In this document: positions 26,178-40,574 of the stretch, one piece after another | How positions within the stretch are numbered: position 1 is the stretch's first letter | How the letters are laid out: the number at the start of each line of letters is the position of its first letter | Origin: Eledone cirrhosa | Lineage: Eukaryota | Assembly (NCBI GenBank): GCA_964016885.1 | Contig: OZ024760.1 | Coordinates: 11,842,001 to 11,906,000, forward strand | Length of the DNA stretch: 64,000 nucleotides | Direction of reading: 5' to 3' | The notes under the pieces: model-generated | What the model saw: only the letters and a program-made list of their open reading frames with translations | Told to the model about the DNA's origin: nothing | Databases searched by the model: none | Made by a program: the position numbers and the translations under genes

Positions 26178-27293
26178 CAGTGTTGTAGTTTGCTTGAACC
26201 ATTTTTGAGTCCCTCTACACATCGGTACCTGCACTCCCAGCAGTGGACATACTCACTGAATGTGTTGGTTTCAGCGACATGGAGTTTCAGCTGGCTACCC
26301 AGCTTCCTTCTCCACCCCACGACAAAACCCCAAACCCAGAGACCGGACCAGCACAAACAACAGTTGCTTCTTCAAGATCCCACATCTCAGCGAGGAAACG
26401 ACCAACGACATACACCATCAGAAGAGACGGCCTCAATATCAAACTAGCTCACTCTGGACCTTCCCTGTGAAGATGTCTCTCCACAAGGCAACCCCCCGAG
26501 GATAACAGATGCACCCTAACCAATTGCCCAATCCACAACACTAATTGTTGCCTACGTACCTATGTAGTATACAGGCTAGAATGTCATAAGTGCAATCTAT
26601 TCTACATAGGCAACACTATTCGACTGTTACATCTCCGTATTAAAGAGCATGTTAACACCAACTCCTCTTCCTTCCGCAAACATCAAATGTGGAAACCGGG
26701 TAACATTTCCACTACAATCTTAGCTACTGAACGCAGTATAGGCACACTGAGAATTAAGGGAGTCCTCTTGATCAAGCAATTAAAATCTAGGATCAATAAT
26801 CAAATGGAAAGAAGTGCACCAGAATGGCTAATTTAAAAGCCTGTATTCCAACATCCTAGAGGCCCGTTTTCTTCATTCTTTCAAATTAAATCTATGTCCT
26901 CACTAAGCATCCACACACACACACACACACATACTTTTCCCTTTTTACTATATACATATTCGCACACGCTTTTCACTACATAAACTGACATTCATGCACA
27001 CATACATTCATCCCACTAAACACACACTCATGCATATATCATACACTTTTCCCCAGACATTTCACAACGTGCACATTCGAAATTTTAACATCTTTCATTA
27101 CATTTAACTTAAATCTACCTTCCTAACAAATCATCTCCGGCTGATCTTCTAAGACCTTCACAGGGATACTCCCGTGATTAGGGGTTTTAAACCCGAAAAT
27201 ATTTGGGATTATTAAATTTACTAAGGTAAGATTCTATTGTTATCTTGGCAATCTTAATTTTCTAGTGCATTGTATGGTTTTCAAAATTATTTA

Positions 27294-27295
<2 letters not shown>
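26178..27295 (+). mobile_element. 5'-truncated, frameshifted Penelope-like retroelement (RT thumb region, GIY-YIG endonuclease, 3' UTR)
   Basis: 26522-26836 translates to NCPIHNTNCCLRTYVVYRLECHKCNLFYIGNTIRLLHLRIKEH...LRIKGVLLIKQLKSRINNQME. Flanked by (TA)n on both sides. Degenerate hammerhead-like fold at 27170-27208. Confidence 0.85.
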
Positions 27296-27326
<31 letters not shown>

Positions 27327-28500
27327 CACTCACTCATATAAACATCAACAAGGTATGGAGACTTATATATAACCTTTGACTGAGACAAATTGAACAGGAA
27401 ACCTTGCATGGTGGTCAGTGGGAGATATGATGGTTGTAAAAAGGTTTCAATTCGTGGTTTGACATATATGTAAAAAAGAAGACTCAAGCAGAACTCGCAG
27501 AGAATGGTAACATTAGGATTGCTGGCAACATTATTTCAAGGTACCGTATATTATTTTGTATAAGTAACACACACTGGTAGGTAAGTCACACCTCCATTTT
27601 ATACCATTTACAATGAATGTACTATAGATTTTGAACTGGTGTTTTGTAGGTCATGTTGCATGCCAGTTTGTTGGGGTTTTTCATGGAAAGAGGATAGATA
27701 TATATATTCAACCTGTTAGTTCTTTCGTTACTTTGGTATTGTGTGTTAGATTTTGCCTACTACAATGTTCAATTTGTCAAGCTATTTAAATGTATGTTAT
27801 TACTCTGAGGACCTACCTTGTCGAGTGCTTTGCTAACTCATTCATATAGTAGGTCGAATTTGCTTGCACACCGCCAAAGATTCGATTTTACTAAGCCTCC
27901 AATTATATATATATATATATATATATATAAAGTTTACACTCTAATTGGTTAGGTTCGTATTTTAATAATACAGACTTAATTAAATTATTGAGTAAGTGAG
28001 AAAACAATCGAAGCTGTGTCCATTCTATTCGAAAAGCTTTGTTCCATAACTGTATATATGTATATATAATTGAGTAAAATGACAGGAGGCCTCCTGTCAT
28101 TTTACTCAATAATAATTAACTCCATTCCTGCATCACCAACATGATTCAACATCAAAGATGATTGAGTTACATATTGTTGAGTGTATATATAGTTATATAG
28201 TAAGGTGTATTATTGGTTGTCATACGGTCCAATAAACTTTTGTTAGCAATAGTAAGTTCTCCACGCTTCTGTATATCTCCAATTCCATTTAAGGGAACAG
28301 CGAGATGATGTAGTAAAGATTTCAATATATATATATATATTAGTAGTAGCACTAACATAATGGGGGGTATGATGTTTATGTACAATAAACATACAATAGT
28401 CTTGCTAAAGTAGCTGGTGAGAATGTCAGACAGCTATTTCTGGATTGTTATCCTTTATCAGTGACATTCACTCACTTGGTACCAAAACTTATATGGTTGT

Positions 28501-28539
<39 letters not shown>

Positions 28540-28677
28540 GTGCAACTTAGGGGAAAAAATAATCACAAGGATCCCTTCTACAGGACTAGAGCTCTTTCAT
28601 TCATATGAAATCATCAGGGGCATTCCTGATGATTTATTTCATACGAATGAAACAGCTCTAGTCCTGTATACAATACA

Positions 28678-28710
<33 letters not shown>

Positions 28711-29055
28711 AGTCCCAGGTTCTATCGGGGGGGGGGGGGTAACCACAATAAGTAAGGTACTCTATATTAGTAAAGTGTATACACCAATTTTCAATATAGA
28801 AATGGCTCCTTACAGGACTAGAACTGTTTCATTCGAAGGAAATCATCAGGATGATTTCCTTCGAATGAAACAGTTTTAGTCCTGTAGAAGCCATTTCTAT
28901 ATTAAATTTGTTTATATATAGTGTAAGTGATTCAGTGAGTTACTGGAGGCGGTACCAAACAAAACTAAAAGAAAAGTTTCGTTTACATGTATTTATTTAT
29001 ATATATATAATATATATATATGCAGAGGTTATAGTTACCATTTGTTAATATATTG

Positions 29056-29086
<31 letters not shown>

Positions 29087-29453
29087 CGGAGAGATTGCTA
29101 TAGCAACCAGCTGGTCGCCTCCTAACCCTACTGGCCTATTTAACCTTATTTAGATCTATACCACCACTACTTGAAATTCTGGGTCGTTGGTTGTTGCAAT
29201 ATTAAACATATCAAACTACAATTTCGTGGTCTACCCTCCCTCGTCCTTCACACTATATCTTTTAATTGAAAAAACAAGCAGTCGGTCGTCTCATATGTGC
29301 TTTAGCTGACAGTCAAATATCTTGCTAAATATACAACCCACCTACGCACGCCTCGACATAACATCAGGTCAAACTCCCTCAAAGGATTGGTCACCTACAC
29401 TAAAACTATTGTCGTCATAGTCAATGCAGCATGTCTATTGATATATAATATAT

Positions 29454-29577
<124 letters not shown>

Positions 29578-29965
29578 CGAAGGAATTGTGGTAAGGAACC
29601 AGATGGACCATAACGCACCAGAGTACTCAATACTTAGGGTAGTAGAGTGGGAAATAGGAAAAAGTATGACCCCGACGGCAGAGCTCAAGCCGTTTCGACG
29701 GCTATTTCTAGAAATAGCCGTCGAAACGGCTTGTGCTCTGCCGTCGGGGTCATACTTTTTCCACACATATATATATATGAGAAGAATGGGGTGCTGCGTG
29801 GTTGCACATGGGTTACATATGAATAAAATTAGTCCTTCATCAGTGATCGTCCAACCTTCATTGATATTTCATCGTTTTAAATATATATATATATATATAC
29901 ACATACACACATTCAAATATATATATTATATTTTAGGAAATACATGGAAACAATGTGTGTCTGTG

Positions 29966-30009
<44 letters not shown>

Positions 30010-31646
30010 TATGTATATTAATTAGCAAACTGTTAAAGTGAATATGCCAACTCAGTGTCTACAAAACGCGTGTGTGTATGTATATATGTATGTGTGCATA
30101 TATATATATACATGTATATATTTGTGTATGTATGTGTGTGGATATAGACATGGATATATAGGTCACCTGCATAGATATAATCTTACATATGTGTATAATA
30201 GGTGTAAAACACTTAACTGTGACATAATAGAAGTAAACGAGTACATATATACGTATATACAATATTACAAGGAAATATATATATAGGGATTTTAAGCCCA
30301 CCAAAAAAAGTTTCCTTTAAATATTTCAATATTATAAATTTCCAGGCATCTGTTGTAATGACTTCCGGGCTGTCGTAGAGTTCTTTCAACCAGTTGACCC
30401 AAAACGGCTGATTCTTAGATAAGATATCTTCTCTAACATGTCTAATATATGTGTGTGATTATATGTGTATATATACATATGTGTGTGTGTATGTATGTAT
30501 GTATATGTGTATATACGTGCGTCTGTGTGTGTATATATATATATAAACAAGCAAAACGTGGTGGGTCAGATTTCATGTTCTTTTTCTAGTGGCTGCTACA
30601 GACGTTGTTGTTGTTGTTGTTGTTGTTGTTGTTGGAGAATGATAAAAATTTCATTTGAACAACTTTGATTTACAAGTTCCTGTAGCGAAGTATTTATCTT
30701 AAAATAAAAATAAAAAGCCTGTTGAGTGTGAGGTGAAACCGGGTCGCTAGGGGGAATGTTTACTAGTTAACGTACTGGTGACTACTACGGCAGATACCAG
30801 TGCTTAAATCGATTCCATCGATATCTGTGTAGTACAGATATATTGAATTTATCGGATCCCTGAAGAATGGAAAGCAATGTTGACTCCATAAAAGTGGTTA
30901 AATTTCATGAGAAATGTTCGATAAATTGTCGATATGTAGCATTTACAGTCCTTCTAATAATAATGTTGATGGATTCTGATTTAGGCACAAGGCCAGAAAT
31001 TTTTTTTTTTTTTTTTTAGGGAAGGGGGGGGGGGGTCAATTAAATCTACCCCAGTGCGTTACTGGTACTTTATTTTATCGACCCCGTAAGGATGAAAGGC
31101 AACGTTAACCTCGGCAGGATTTGAACTCAGACCGTAAAAAGTCGTGACGAAATACCACAAAGCATTGTGTCCGTCACTCTACCGATTCTACTGCCAATCC
31201 ACAATTGACGTTTTGTTTTCAATAACAATGTGACGACATCTTGTATAAAAGAATGACAGATGCAATGTCAAATGAGGATGTTGAGTATCCCGCAAATGCG
31301 GAAGACCTCTCAGGACATTAAAGAGAGTTATTGAGAAGTTGGATCGTATGGGATGGAAAGGTTTTTATGATGTCACCACAGAGAAGTGGATGACTTTAGT
31401 AGTAGTAGTAGTAGTAGTAGTGGTAGTGTCTGTGTGAAAACTAAACAGAAAAATAAAAAAGCTAAGATGAAAGAGTTTGTAAAAGAAAGGGTGTGACGTG
31501 TGTGTGTGTATATATATATATATTAAAGAGAGAGAGATAGATAACCACGTATTGATGGAGGGAGTGTTGTTGTTGGTATTTGACTGCCTCGAACATGATC
31601 TGCCACTCAAGAAATACAACCTGCGACATGGGGCCCTACACAGCAG

Positions 31647-32252
31647 CTATTCTCGAGTAGCAATTGTCGTCATAGCATTTAAAATGTTCGACAAAATATC
31701 GTTGCGATTTTTTTTAGTGACTGTGAAAATGATCACATCGGGTCGGCTCCGTACATGCTCCACAAGAAGTATGGGTCGTCCTTGTTTTGCAGGAATCGTG
31801 GCAAAAACTACCGAACGTGGATCGTCCAACCGACTGAGCACTGCTTGATGGAAATTTCGGCTGAAGGCTTCCATTTGTCCAATTTCGTCTATAATCGTTA
31901 CTCCGATGTTACTGCTGTGTAAGACGGGCAGGACGAATTCTTCAAACTGTTCCACTTGCACCAAATACCGACCGATACGGTTAGGGTCGTGACGATTGAG
32001 AGAAGCGCCGCCATCATCTTCCACTCGCGCAAGAGGTGCCCTTTTCTCTCCGTCTAAGCTGACAACATCGAAACCTTTTCGTCGGCCGAAGTGACGAAAA
32101 TCGTCCCTGTAAAATCCATGAATTTTAAATCCCTGTTTCTGTAATTCCTCGGCAGCTTTCAATAACAACATTGTCTTGCCGACATCGCGATCGCCAGTAA
32201 TTAGAACGTGTCTAACTTCAGACGAGAGCTCGACTGTCTTACACTCCGCCAT
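31647..32252 (-). CDS. NTPCR: Cancer-related nucleoside triphosphatase (NTPase_1/THEP1 family), single coding exon, 201 aa
   Basis: HVLITGDRDVGKT (Walker A), GFY, GFDVVSLDG, IGRYLV, IIDEIGQME (Walker B), ATIP and VTKKNRN. ATG at 32252 in the context agcATGGCG. Confidence 0.92.
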   Translation of the reverse strand: MAECKTVELSSEVRHVLITGDRDVGKTMLLLKAAEELQKQGFKIHGFYRDDFRHFGRRKGFDVVSLDGEKRAPLARVEDDGGASLNRHDPNRIGRYLVQVEQFEEFVLPVLHSSNIGVTIIDEIGQMEAFSRNFHQAVLSRLDDPRSVVFATIPAKQGRPILLVEHVRSRPDVIIFTVTKKNRNDILSNILNAMTTIATRE

Positions 32253-32324
32253 GCTGCCAAAAGACGTGAAATTCCACAAAGTAGGATGAGAAAGAGAGGA
32301 ATGGAACTAAGAGCAATCGATATA

Positions 32325-32385
32325 GCCAAGGGACATAACTCTCATTTTCCTCGCTAAACGGATTTGCAACGTTTCTGATGACGTC
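32325..32385 (-). promoter_or_regulatory. Candidate NTPCR promoter: AGAGTTATGTCCCTTGGC motif plus full CRE palindrome TGACGTCA
   Basis: Motif at 32325-32342, 73 bp upstream of the ATG; TGACGTCA about 40 bp further upstream. Confidence 0.55.
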
Positions 32386-33062
32386 AAGCAAATTTTATTT
32401 TATTCTATTTTTTGTTTTATTGTTATATACTTTTATTTATATATATTTTTTCCTGTAATTCTTTTTTCAGTTCGGTTGAATGTTCACCACCTACACAAAG
32501 AAACACACATATACACACACACACACATATATATATATATATGTCTAGTTTAACGTGTTTGTGTATGTATGTTTCTGTGTTCGCATGTATGTGGGTGTGT
32601 GTATATATATATATATATATATACACAGAAACATACATACACAAACACGTTAAACTAGACAGCAGAATTTTAGTTGAAAGCGAGATATGTATTAACCAAA
32701 CGTCCACAACAGGTTTTCGGTTAGTCGGTGCTATTATTCTACATCTATGGGGACCTACACAGACAAACATATATACACATATATACACCTACATGTACAT
32801 ATGCACATACACGTGAATATGCGCACGCGAGTTAAACTAGGCAGCAGACTGTTTAATAACCGAGAGTGTACAACGGCTCTACGGGTAGTCGGTGCTATGT
32901 CTATGGGGATTAAACAAACTGGAACCTCCAAATAAAACAACACAAAGAAAAAAATAATGGAATATTTACCACAAAGACATTGTTTAGATATTTCGGTCAC
33001 CACGTCATTAGACACTGACTTGGTTAGTCTCCCCCCCCCCCACACACACACACATGTATGTA

Positions 33063-33098
<36 letters not shown>

Positions 33099-33397
33099 AT
33101 ATATATATTGAAGTTTACACACCACGCATCTCAACGTACACCCACTTACATCTCTCTCTCTCCACCACCGGAGATTTACCCATTTGCATTGTCGAGAATT
33201 CCAAACGACTTAAAGATATTTATATATATATATATATATATATAATAGTATTTATACTTATATATATAATCTATATACAATTATAAATAAGAAATGTTTA
33301 AACATTGTTTATGCTCCAATGAAACCAGACAGTTGCCAGGAAGAAACGATCGTCAGTAATTGAATGTATTAAACAAACATTTGATTATTTTATGTTT

Positions 33398-33432
<35 letters not shown>

Positions 33433-33633
33433 CAAAATATAATATAGAAATGGCTTCTACAGGGCTAGAACTGTTTCTTAGAAGGAAATCATTATCAAAC
33501 AGTTCTAGTCCTGTAGGAGCCATTTTTTAAATATTATATTTTGTTGTTTACACTCTATTAATGTATTGAGTACCTTGGTTACTGTGATTACCTCCCTCCC
33601 CCCGATTGAGCCTCGGACTCGCATATCTATCCA

Positions 33634-33726
<93 letters not shown>

Positions 33727-34348
33727 GTGTGTGTGTGTATATGTATGTATGTAAAAGGTAAACAGAAATAACAACACAATCGGGACAGTGTATGGAAGGA
33801 ATATATTAGGTTAACGCTTGAAATATCAGGAAGAGGGTCTTAACGTTTCGGGCATTAGTCCTTCACCAGGAAAAATGAGAAATAAGATAGATTGAAGGGT
33901 CGAGCGAGTTGTAATTGGAAAAAATGTCTTTAGATAAAAATAACAGGTCCATTTATGTTGACATCTCTAGTTCGGATCTAGCTGTCGAAACGGCCGGAGC
34001 TCAGCCGTCGGAGTCCTGATTCTTTTCATATATATATAGTAATAATAATTGTTTCTACTTTTGGCACAAGGCCAGCAATTACCAAGTGTATTACTGGTAC
34101 TTTATTTTATCGACCCCGTAAGGATGAAAGGCAAAGTTAATCTCGGCGGGATTTGAACTCAGAATGGCAACGGCCGTAACTCTATGCGTCAAAGCATGGC
34201 GTCTGTTAAAACTAAAATGCGAAGAGGGCTCAATAAGGATAATATATATATATATATATAAACCGTAGAGCAAATAATATCACGTTCAGGGTGAAAGCAG
34301 CGATTCTTTGCTTAAACTTTAATATATATATTTATTAAAATAACAGAT

Positions 34349-34386
<38 letters not shown>

Positions 34387-34848
34387 CAAATAAATTATCG
34401 AGAATCGGAATCTCGGCCCACGAAATAACGAAACACAATCTTCGAAATGCGTGGCAAAGTGCTCAATAGTTTGGATAAACCAGAGCTATAACTAACGTTA
34501 AATACCAACACTGAGAATATGCTTAAACAATCATTCGCACAGCCGAAAAAACGACCAAGAAAATTCGGGTCAGACAAATAATAATATATATGAATGAAAA
34601 ATCATATATATATATATATATATATATATGAAAAACCAAATTGAAAAATCATATATATATATATGGGATAAAGGTACTCCAGTTAGAGGTTGTGAGTACT
34701 CTGTACTATGGATAGTTTTAACGTACGGCGTTGTTTGACTCAACAAGAGGTTTCCTTTAGACTCACCTGATCAATGAAACAATTGTTAATACTGGAAATG
34801 AAACCCTTTTTGTACAGCCGACCATGTTATTCTTCACTCTTTCGCTAT

Positions 34849-34890
<42 letters not shown>

Positions 34891-35578
34891 TATGTCTCTA
34901 TTTATATATATATATATATAACGAAGGAAATGTGGTAAAGAACCAGATGGACCATAACGCACCAAAGTATTCAATACTTAGGGTAGTAGAGTGGGTAATA
35001 GGAACAAGTAAGACCCCGACGGCTGAGCTCAAGCCGTTTCGACGGCTAATTCTGTACAGAATTAGCCGTCGAAACGGCTTGAGCTCAGCCGTCGGGGTCT
35101 TACTTGTTCCTATATATATATATGAGTCTCTCTCTCTGTATATATATATATGTGTATATATATCATCGCAATCGTTTAACGTCTATTCTCCATCCTGTTT
35201 CGCCTCATACCTTGACGGGATGTGTCACTCTATCAGGCCAGACAGATCAGATGACTATGTATTACCCATACATCCATATTTGGGCCTGGTTTTCTACGGT
35301 TGGGTGCCTGTCCTAATGCCAACCGTCACTGTCATGGTATTAGCTGTCAGAAGTGAAAGTAGAAGAAGGTGACGTCTCTCGGACGTCATTCGTCAACCTT
35401 CTCAATCGTTTATTTCCGTATCACTAAGAGATACGTTTACGATGAGATACAAAAAATATGGGTACCAAATAACCACGTAATTTTCGAGAGAAACTATAAT
35501 ATACAATCTTATTTAACATGTGCATTAAAAACTACACTAGCTGTTACAATTGTAATTAACGTGTTATTTATCTTGACT

Positions 35579-36187
35579 TAGCTAATGCTTTTAATTCTGT
35601 GCCACACAAAAGACTTATGGCAAAACTCTCTGCAATGGGTGTGAGAGATAATCTTTATAACTGGTTGAAGTCCTTCATTCTCAGTCGAAAAGAAGTAGTC
35701 ACGGTTCTAGGACACCATTTTTCACCCTATGAGAGGACATCTGGTGTACCACAGGGATCTGTTCTTGGTCGTCTTTTGTTTGTTGCATATATATGACATA
35801 GATGCCAACTTAAAGAATGCCACAATACTGAAATATGCAGATGACATCAAGCTGTACCTTGTGATAAAAGGGACAGATCCTGAACACTATAGATCTTTCC
35901 TGCAATCAGACCTGGACACAATTCAGTGATGGATTACGGACTGGCAACTCAAGCTGGCTGTGAACAAGTGTACCACCATGCATTTTGGGAGGAAAAACCC
36001 AGCGTCCACATACTCCCTCCACAACACTAATATCAAGAAGTCTTCTTGTGAACGTAACCTGCGCATTATTGTCAACAGCGATTTGCGTTAGACGAAGCAC
36101 ATCTCTAAAATTGTCAAGAAGGCCGAGGGTGTCCTAGTATCACTCAATAAGACTTTTGTCAACCGCTCTCTAGCTATCTATTTAAAG
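35579..36187 (+). mobile_element. CR1/L2-group LINE RT fragment, degraded
   Basis: AFNSVPHKRL, SGVPQGSVLG, KYADDIKLY, LQSDLD, with frameshifts. Confidence 0.9.
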
Positions 36188-36375
36188 CCTGTGGCGTTCG
36201 AGAGATTTGGGGGAATCGGGCTACTGACTGTGAGATTCCTATCTTCACTGGTGGCTCGCCTAACAGAGGTGTAACAGGTAACTGGTGAAGCTAATCATGG
36301 CGGCACTTGGTTGTCCCAGCATCTCAGCCTCTCCATCACCCGAGGTAACGCTGCAAGCGTGCTGGCTTGCCTCAA
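36188..36375 (+). mobile_element. CRE-like (restriction-like endonuclease) non-LTR retrotransposon C-terminal fragment
   Basis: PVAFERFGGIG...WLSQHLSLSITRGNAASVLACL matches the PxxxExxG...QxxSxxxxRGNA signature. Confidence 0.7.
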
Positions 36376-36785
36376 AAAAATCATTAGAGAGGTTTCCCAG
36401 TGCTCTTCTTTGCGATACTGTTATCTTTTACACTGGCAGCGGCTCGGGTGTCCACCCCATTCGCCTGCCTTTGGTTGTATGTGGTCCCAGATCTGTAAGC
36501 TAACCGCTTCTGTGTGTGTGTGGTAAATACTTTATTCACAACAGTGAATAAAGTATTTACCACAGAGCCCTGAATTGTATAAAAGTAAATACATATTGTT
36601 TGTTTATAGACTTAGTCAAACTATGACAGTATTCTCCCCCTAAAATGTTATCCAATCGCAGAGGAATCCGTCCGAAAACAGAACCATTATCAGGAAACGT
36701 ATTTTGTACATATCTAAGGATATCAAGGGAGGTAATTGCGAGAGTTCTGTCCCGTGTTGACCTGAAAGGGTGCTGAAAAAATATG

Positions 36786-37101
36786 TACAGGGTGGTCCGA
36801 AAGTCTTGTTACCCCTACATATTGTTTTAACTTTCATCATTTTTTGTTTTAATGATATAATATATAATATCATTAATTATACTTATGATAGAGTTACGGC
36901 CCTTGCCATTCTGAGTTCAAATCCCGCCGAGGTTAACTTTGCCTTTCATCCTTACGGGGTCGATAAAATAAAGTACCAGTAATGTACTGGGTTAATTGCT
37001 GGCCTTGTGCCCAAAGTAGAAACTATTAATTATTATATATAATAATGATAATATAATTTTCTTTTTGGTAGGGGGTGACAAAACTTTCGGACTACTCTGT
37101 A
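36786..37101. mobile_element. Tc1/mariner-type MITE with a nested SINE
   Basis: TIR TACAGGGTGGTCCGAAAGT...ACTTTCGGACTACTCTGTA. Confidence 0.75.
36890..37025 (+). mobile_element. tRNA-derived SINE family A (representative; Meta-domain-like core)
   Basis: B-box gagttcaaatccc, then gcctttcatccttacggggtcgataaaataaagtaccag and ggccttgtgcc. More than 12 copies or fragments, e.g. near 130-535, 1230-1345, 15280-15432, 18010-18190, 30975-31195, 34045-34170, 45672-45767, 47250-47470 and 63322-63445. Confidence 0.85.
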
Positions 37102-40100
37102 TATATAATTAACATGTCATGGGCCTTTAACTCCTGATGGAGGCGTAAAAGGGCCAGTGACATAATCTTTCCAGTGCTCCTCCTTGCGATACTGCTATCT
37201 TTTTCTCTGGTAGCGGCCCGGGTGTCCACCCCTTTCTCCTGCCTTCTGCTGTACGTGGTCCCAGTTGTGTGTGCTACCTGCTTCTGTGTTGTTGTTTTCT
37301 TTTCTGTTTTTCCTTTCCCAAATATTATGCCGATCCTATTTTATTAAATTAAATAACTTTATAAATATGTTTTTAAATGAGATAAACTTTATTTCATAAA
37401 TACAAATGGGCGTGAAAATATGAACATATATGATATATACAAAGCATATAAATAAATTTACAGTAGAATAACATAACAAATATGTTTTAAATATATACAT
37501 AAACATTACAAATGCTTAGATAACATCATAAATTGCTCGCGATTCTTTCAGAAGGATTTATACCTTTAATGTTGCAGTATTATGTGTTTCTGCTTTCGTT
37601 CTGTAAGCATTGTATTATTATATTTCTTTTTATACAACTGTGAATAAAACTATAACTAGTTGAAGAATTCTAGGTATAACAAAAAGTACCTAAGTCACAC
37701 GAAAATCTACGTTAAGTTAGGCACATTTAGCAGTGGGGGTATTAAGTAAGATTTGGCTGCTATTTCTAGCAGATTGCGTAACTATATAGAGACTCCCTTG
37801 TTTGTTTGTCTAAATAAAATGCCCCCTCTTATAGACAGATAATTAAACCAAGTGTGGGTCAGAAATCCTTAAAGCTGTTCTCTCTATCTATCTATCTCTC
37901 AGAGAAGGAATACAGAATTCAACATTTTAAAGTCAAGGCTCGTGAAGAAGTGGACCAACCACCCGCTCAAGTTTAACTATCGCTTCTCGTATCGATACCA
38001 AGTGGTGTTCGATACTCGCAAGAGGATCATCTCTACCTTGGTATGAATATAATTACGCTTACCGGGTACCAAATGACCATATTTAAGATATATTACTAAA
38101 ATAGCATTACTATTTCTCTACCAACAACACTTAGAATTGTTTTCGCCCACATTCCTCACCCCTTTTTTTTTTTTTTTTTTTTTTGTTAAAGGAACTTCAA
38201 TAATTATAGTAATTAAATTTCCTTAATTCTGAAATTATGGGAGGTAGAAATAATTTAAAGTCTTGTTCCAGCCATTAATGGCAACATGTGACGTCAACAC
38301 AATTTAAAAGGGCTTCGTTTTGTAACCTAACGGATTATCTTAACACACGAAGCTTTCTAATATCAACAGGACGATAAATGGCAAATAATTTAGATAGTAT
38401 AGTATATCGTTGTTTCGTCTTATTTGGGGCTTTTTTACCACTGGAAAATTATTGTGATGTTCATATAAGCTATATAGGTGAAGAATGGTCGCTAACCTCT
38501 ACATAATGATATATTGTATGTCGTCTCTTTATATATAATCTGTTAAGACAATGTCGGTGGAGAAGCGTTGATTTGATTTCTGGCGTCGATTTTTGTTGTA
38601 GCGTTTTGTTGGTAGAGATTTGTTCTTGTGTAATGGACATTATCACTTATTTGAGTACAATATAATATACACAGCCGTGTTGTACCCACGACAGATTTCG
38701 TGACAGACACATTCAATTTATTATGTACTTTAATGGAGCCGATGACTAGGAAGCAAAGAAATGATTAATTGATTTTCCTCTCAAGCGATAGGTATTTGTA
38801 TTTCTTTCGTACATTAACTCAACTTTTCTAAGACTAGAATTGCCATTATTGAACTCTCCCCGCCAACTTGGCAGCCGCGTTTTAACTATTTAAAACCAAA
38901 TGGACATTCTGCCTCGCTTTATTTAGCCGTTAGAGAAACAGAATGTAAATAGATTACTTTAAAATAAAATCTGATATTACTGCATTCTTCTACATCTTCT
39001 ACATTTAAGTTAATTTTATATTTATTATGAATGAACAGTCTAACTCATGGCCGTATTAACCCATAGCAAGCCCTTCAGCTTTTTCAGGACCCCCTCTGGC
39101 ACTTCAATATCTCTTCCTACCACAATAAAACAAAATAAATTGACGGTCTGCTAACCCTTGCGGGTCATGTAGACTTCAGTCTTGTGAATAATATGAACCT
39201 GATTTAATTTATTGTTTGTTTACTCGAGTTATTCTCTGAATTCCGAGATATTTGCCGTCAAGCACTTATAAAACATTGATTTCTTGATATGAGATTTGTT
39301 TCTAGTTATCACATTCGGAATTATATTTTCACTTCCCTCTCCTCTTCTCCCTACCTTTCTTCAATGGCCCAAGAGTCCTTGCTCGTTCCTTCCTTTTCCT
39401 CTCATTTATGGTATTCATGGTCCTTCCCTCTACTTTACCATACAGCCAGATCTGCCCTTCCTTTTTACCCCTTCCTTTTTTCTTCTGTCTTCGCCCACTT
39501 ATTCCTGTGATAATTGTGGAGGCAGAGGCCACCTCAAACACTCCTTCCAGCGGGTCCTGTCAGAAGCAACCATCTCCAGCTGATCCGGCTGGATCTCCAA
39601 GCGTGACCAGCCAAGCTCATGGCTGTTATCCAACTATCTTGCTCGGGGTATACCCCTGGGTCTCCTGCCCGTTGGTTTTGCCCATAAAATCTGTCCAGTG
39701 ATTCTTTCCTGAAAACATTCTAACCACATGCCCATAGTATCGGAACTGTCATCTTTCAATTCTTCATTTTGTTTTTATCTTTCTTTTTCATAACTATTGC
39801 CTTCTCTATTCTATCTGCTGGGCTCCCATTTGCATATAATAGCGAGAGATGAGAAGTAGCGAGAGAGACGGAGGCAGTGAGTGAACAAGAGTTAATTATA
39901 CTTGACCAAACGATTTTATAATAACAGTCTGTGGTTTATATGTATCAGACAACAATACTATTAATCAGGAAGCAGAATTAATAATTATAGCTGCCCTTAT
40001 GTACCATCACCAACATCAACAACCACCCACCACTAAATTTATGTAATTATCAATGGATTTTTTTAAACCAACTTTGTGAGTGAAACACATATATTGAGAA

Positions 40101-40574
40101 TAAACATCTATTTCACTATTGCTAATCATGTATTTGACGTTAAATGAGAGTTGATATATTTATAACAACGTAACGTCGTTTTAATATAAACATATAAATT
40201 CAATAAACTAAACTGATTTACTGAAGGTCTGGGATCTTTAAAAATACGACGGGTACAATACAAGGACATTTAATCCTTGAACCTAGAAAGGGTACTCGTG
40301 CAGTGACGGAAGTAACTTACTCTCAGGTCTTGAATAATCACCACCACCCCCTCCCGCTTATTGATTTGTCAGATTTGTTTCCAAAACCCCCGCTTATTAA
40401 ATTTTGCTAATCTGTCTCCGGCTAAATTTTATTGTAAGTGATTCATATCGATACAGCAGCTGGAGAACCTAATTATAATTCTATTTTACATTAAAAAAAA
40501 AAAACATTATATATGACAAAAAAAAGAACATTACAAGAAATCCCATATTTACGAACGGACACTATACAATTACT

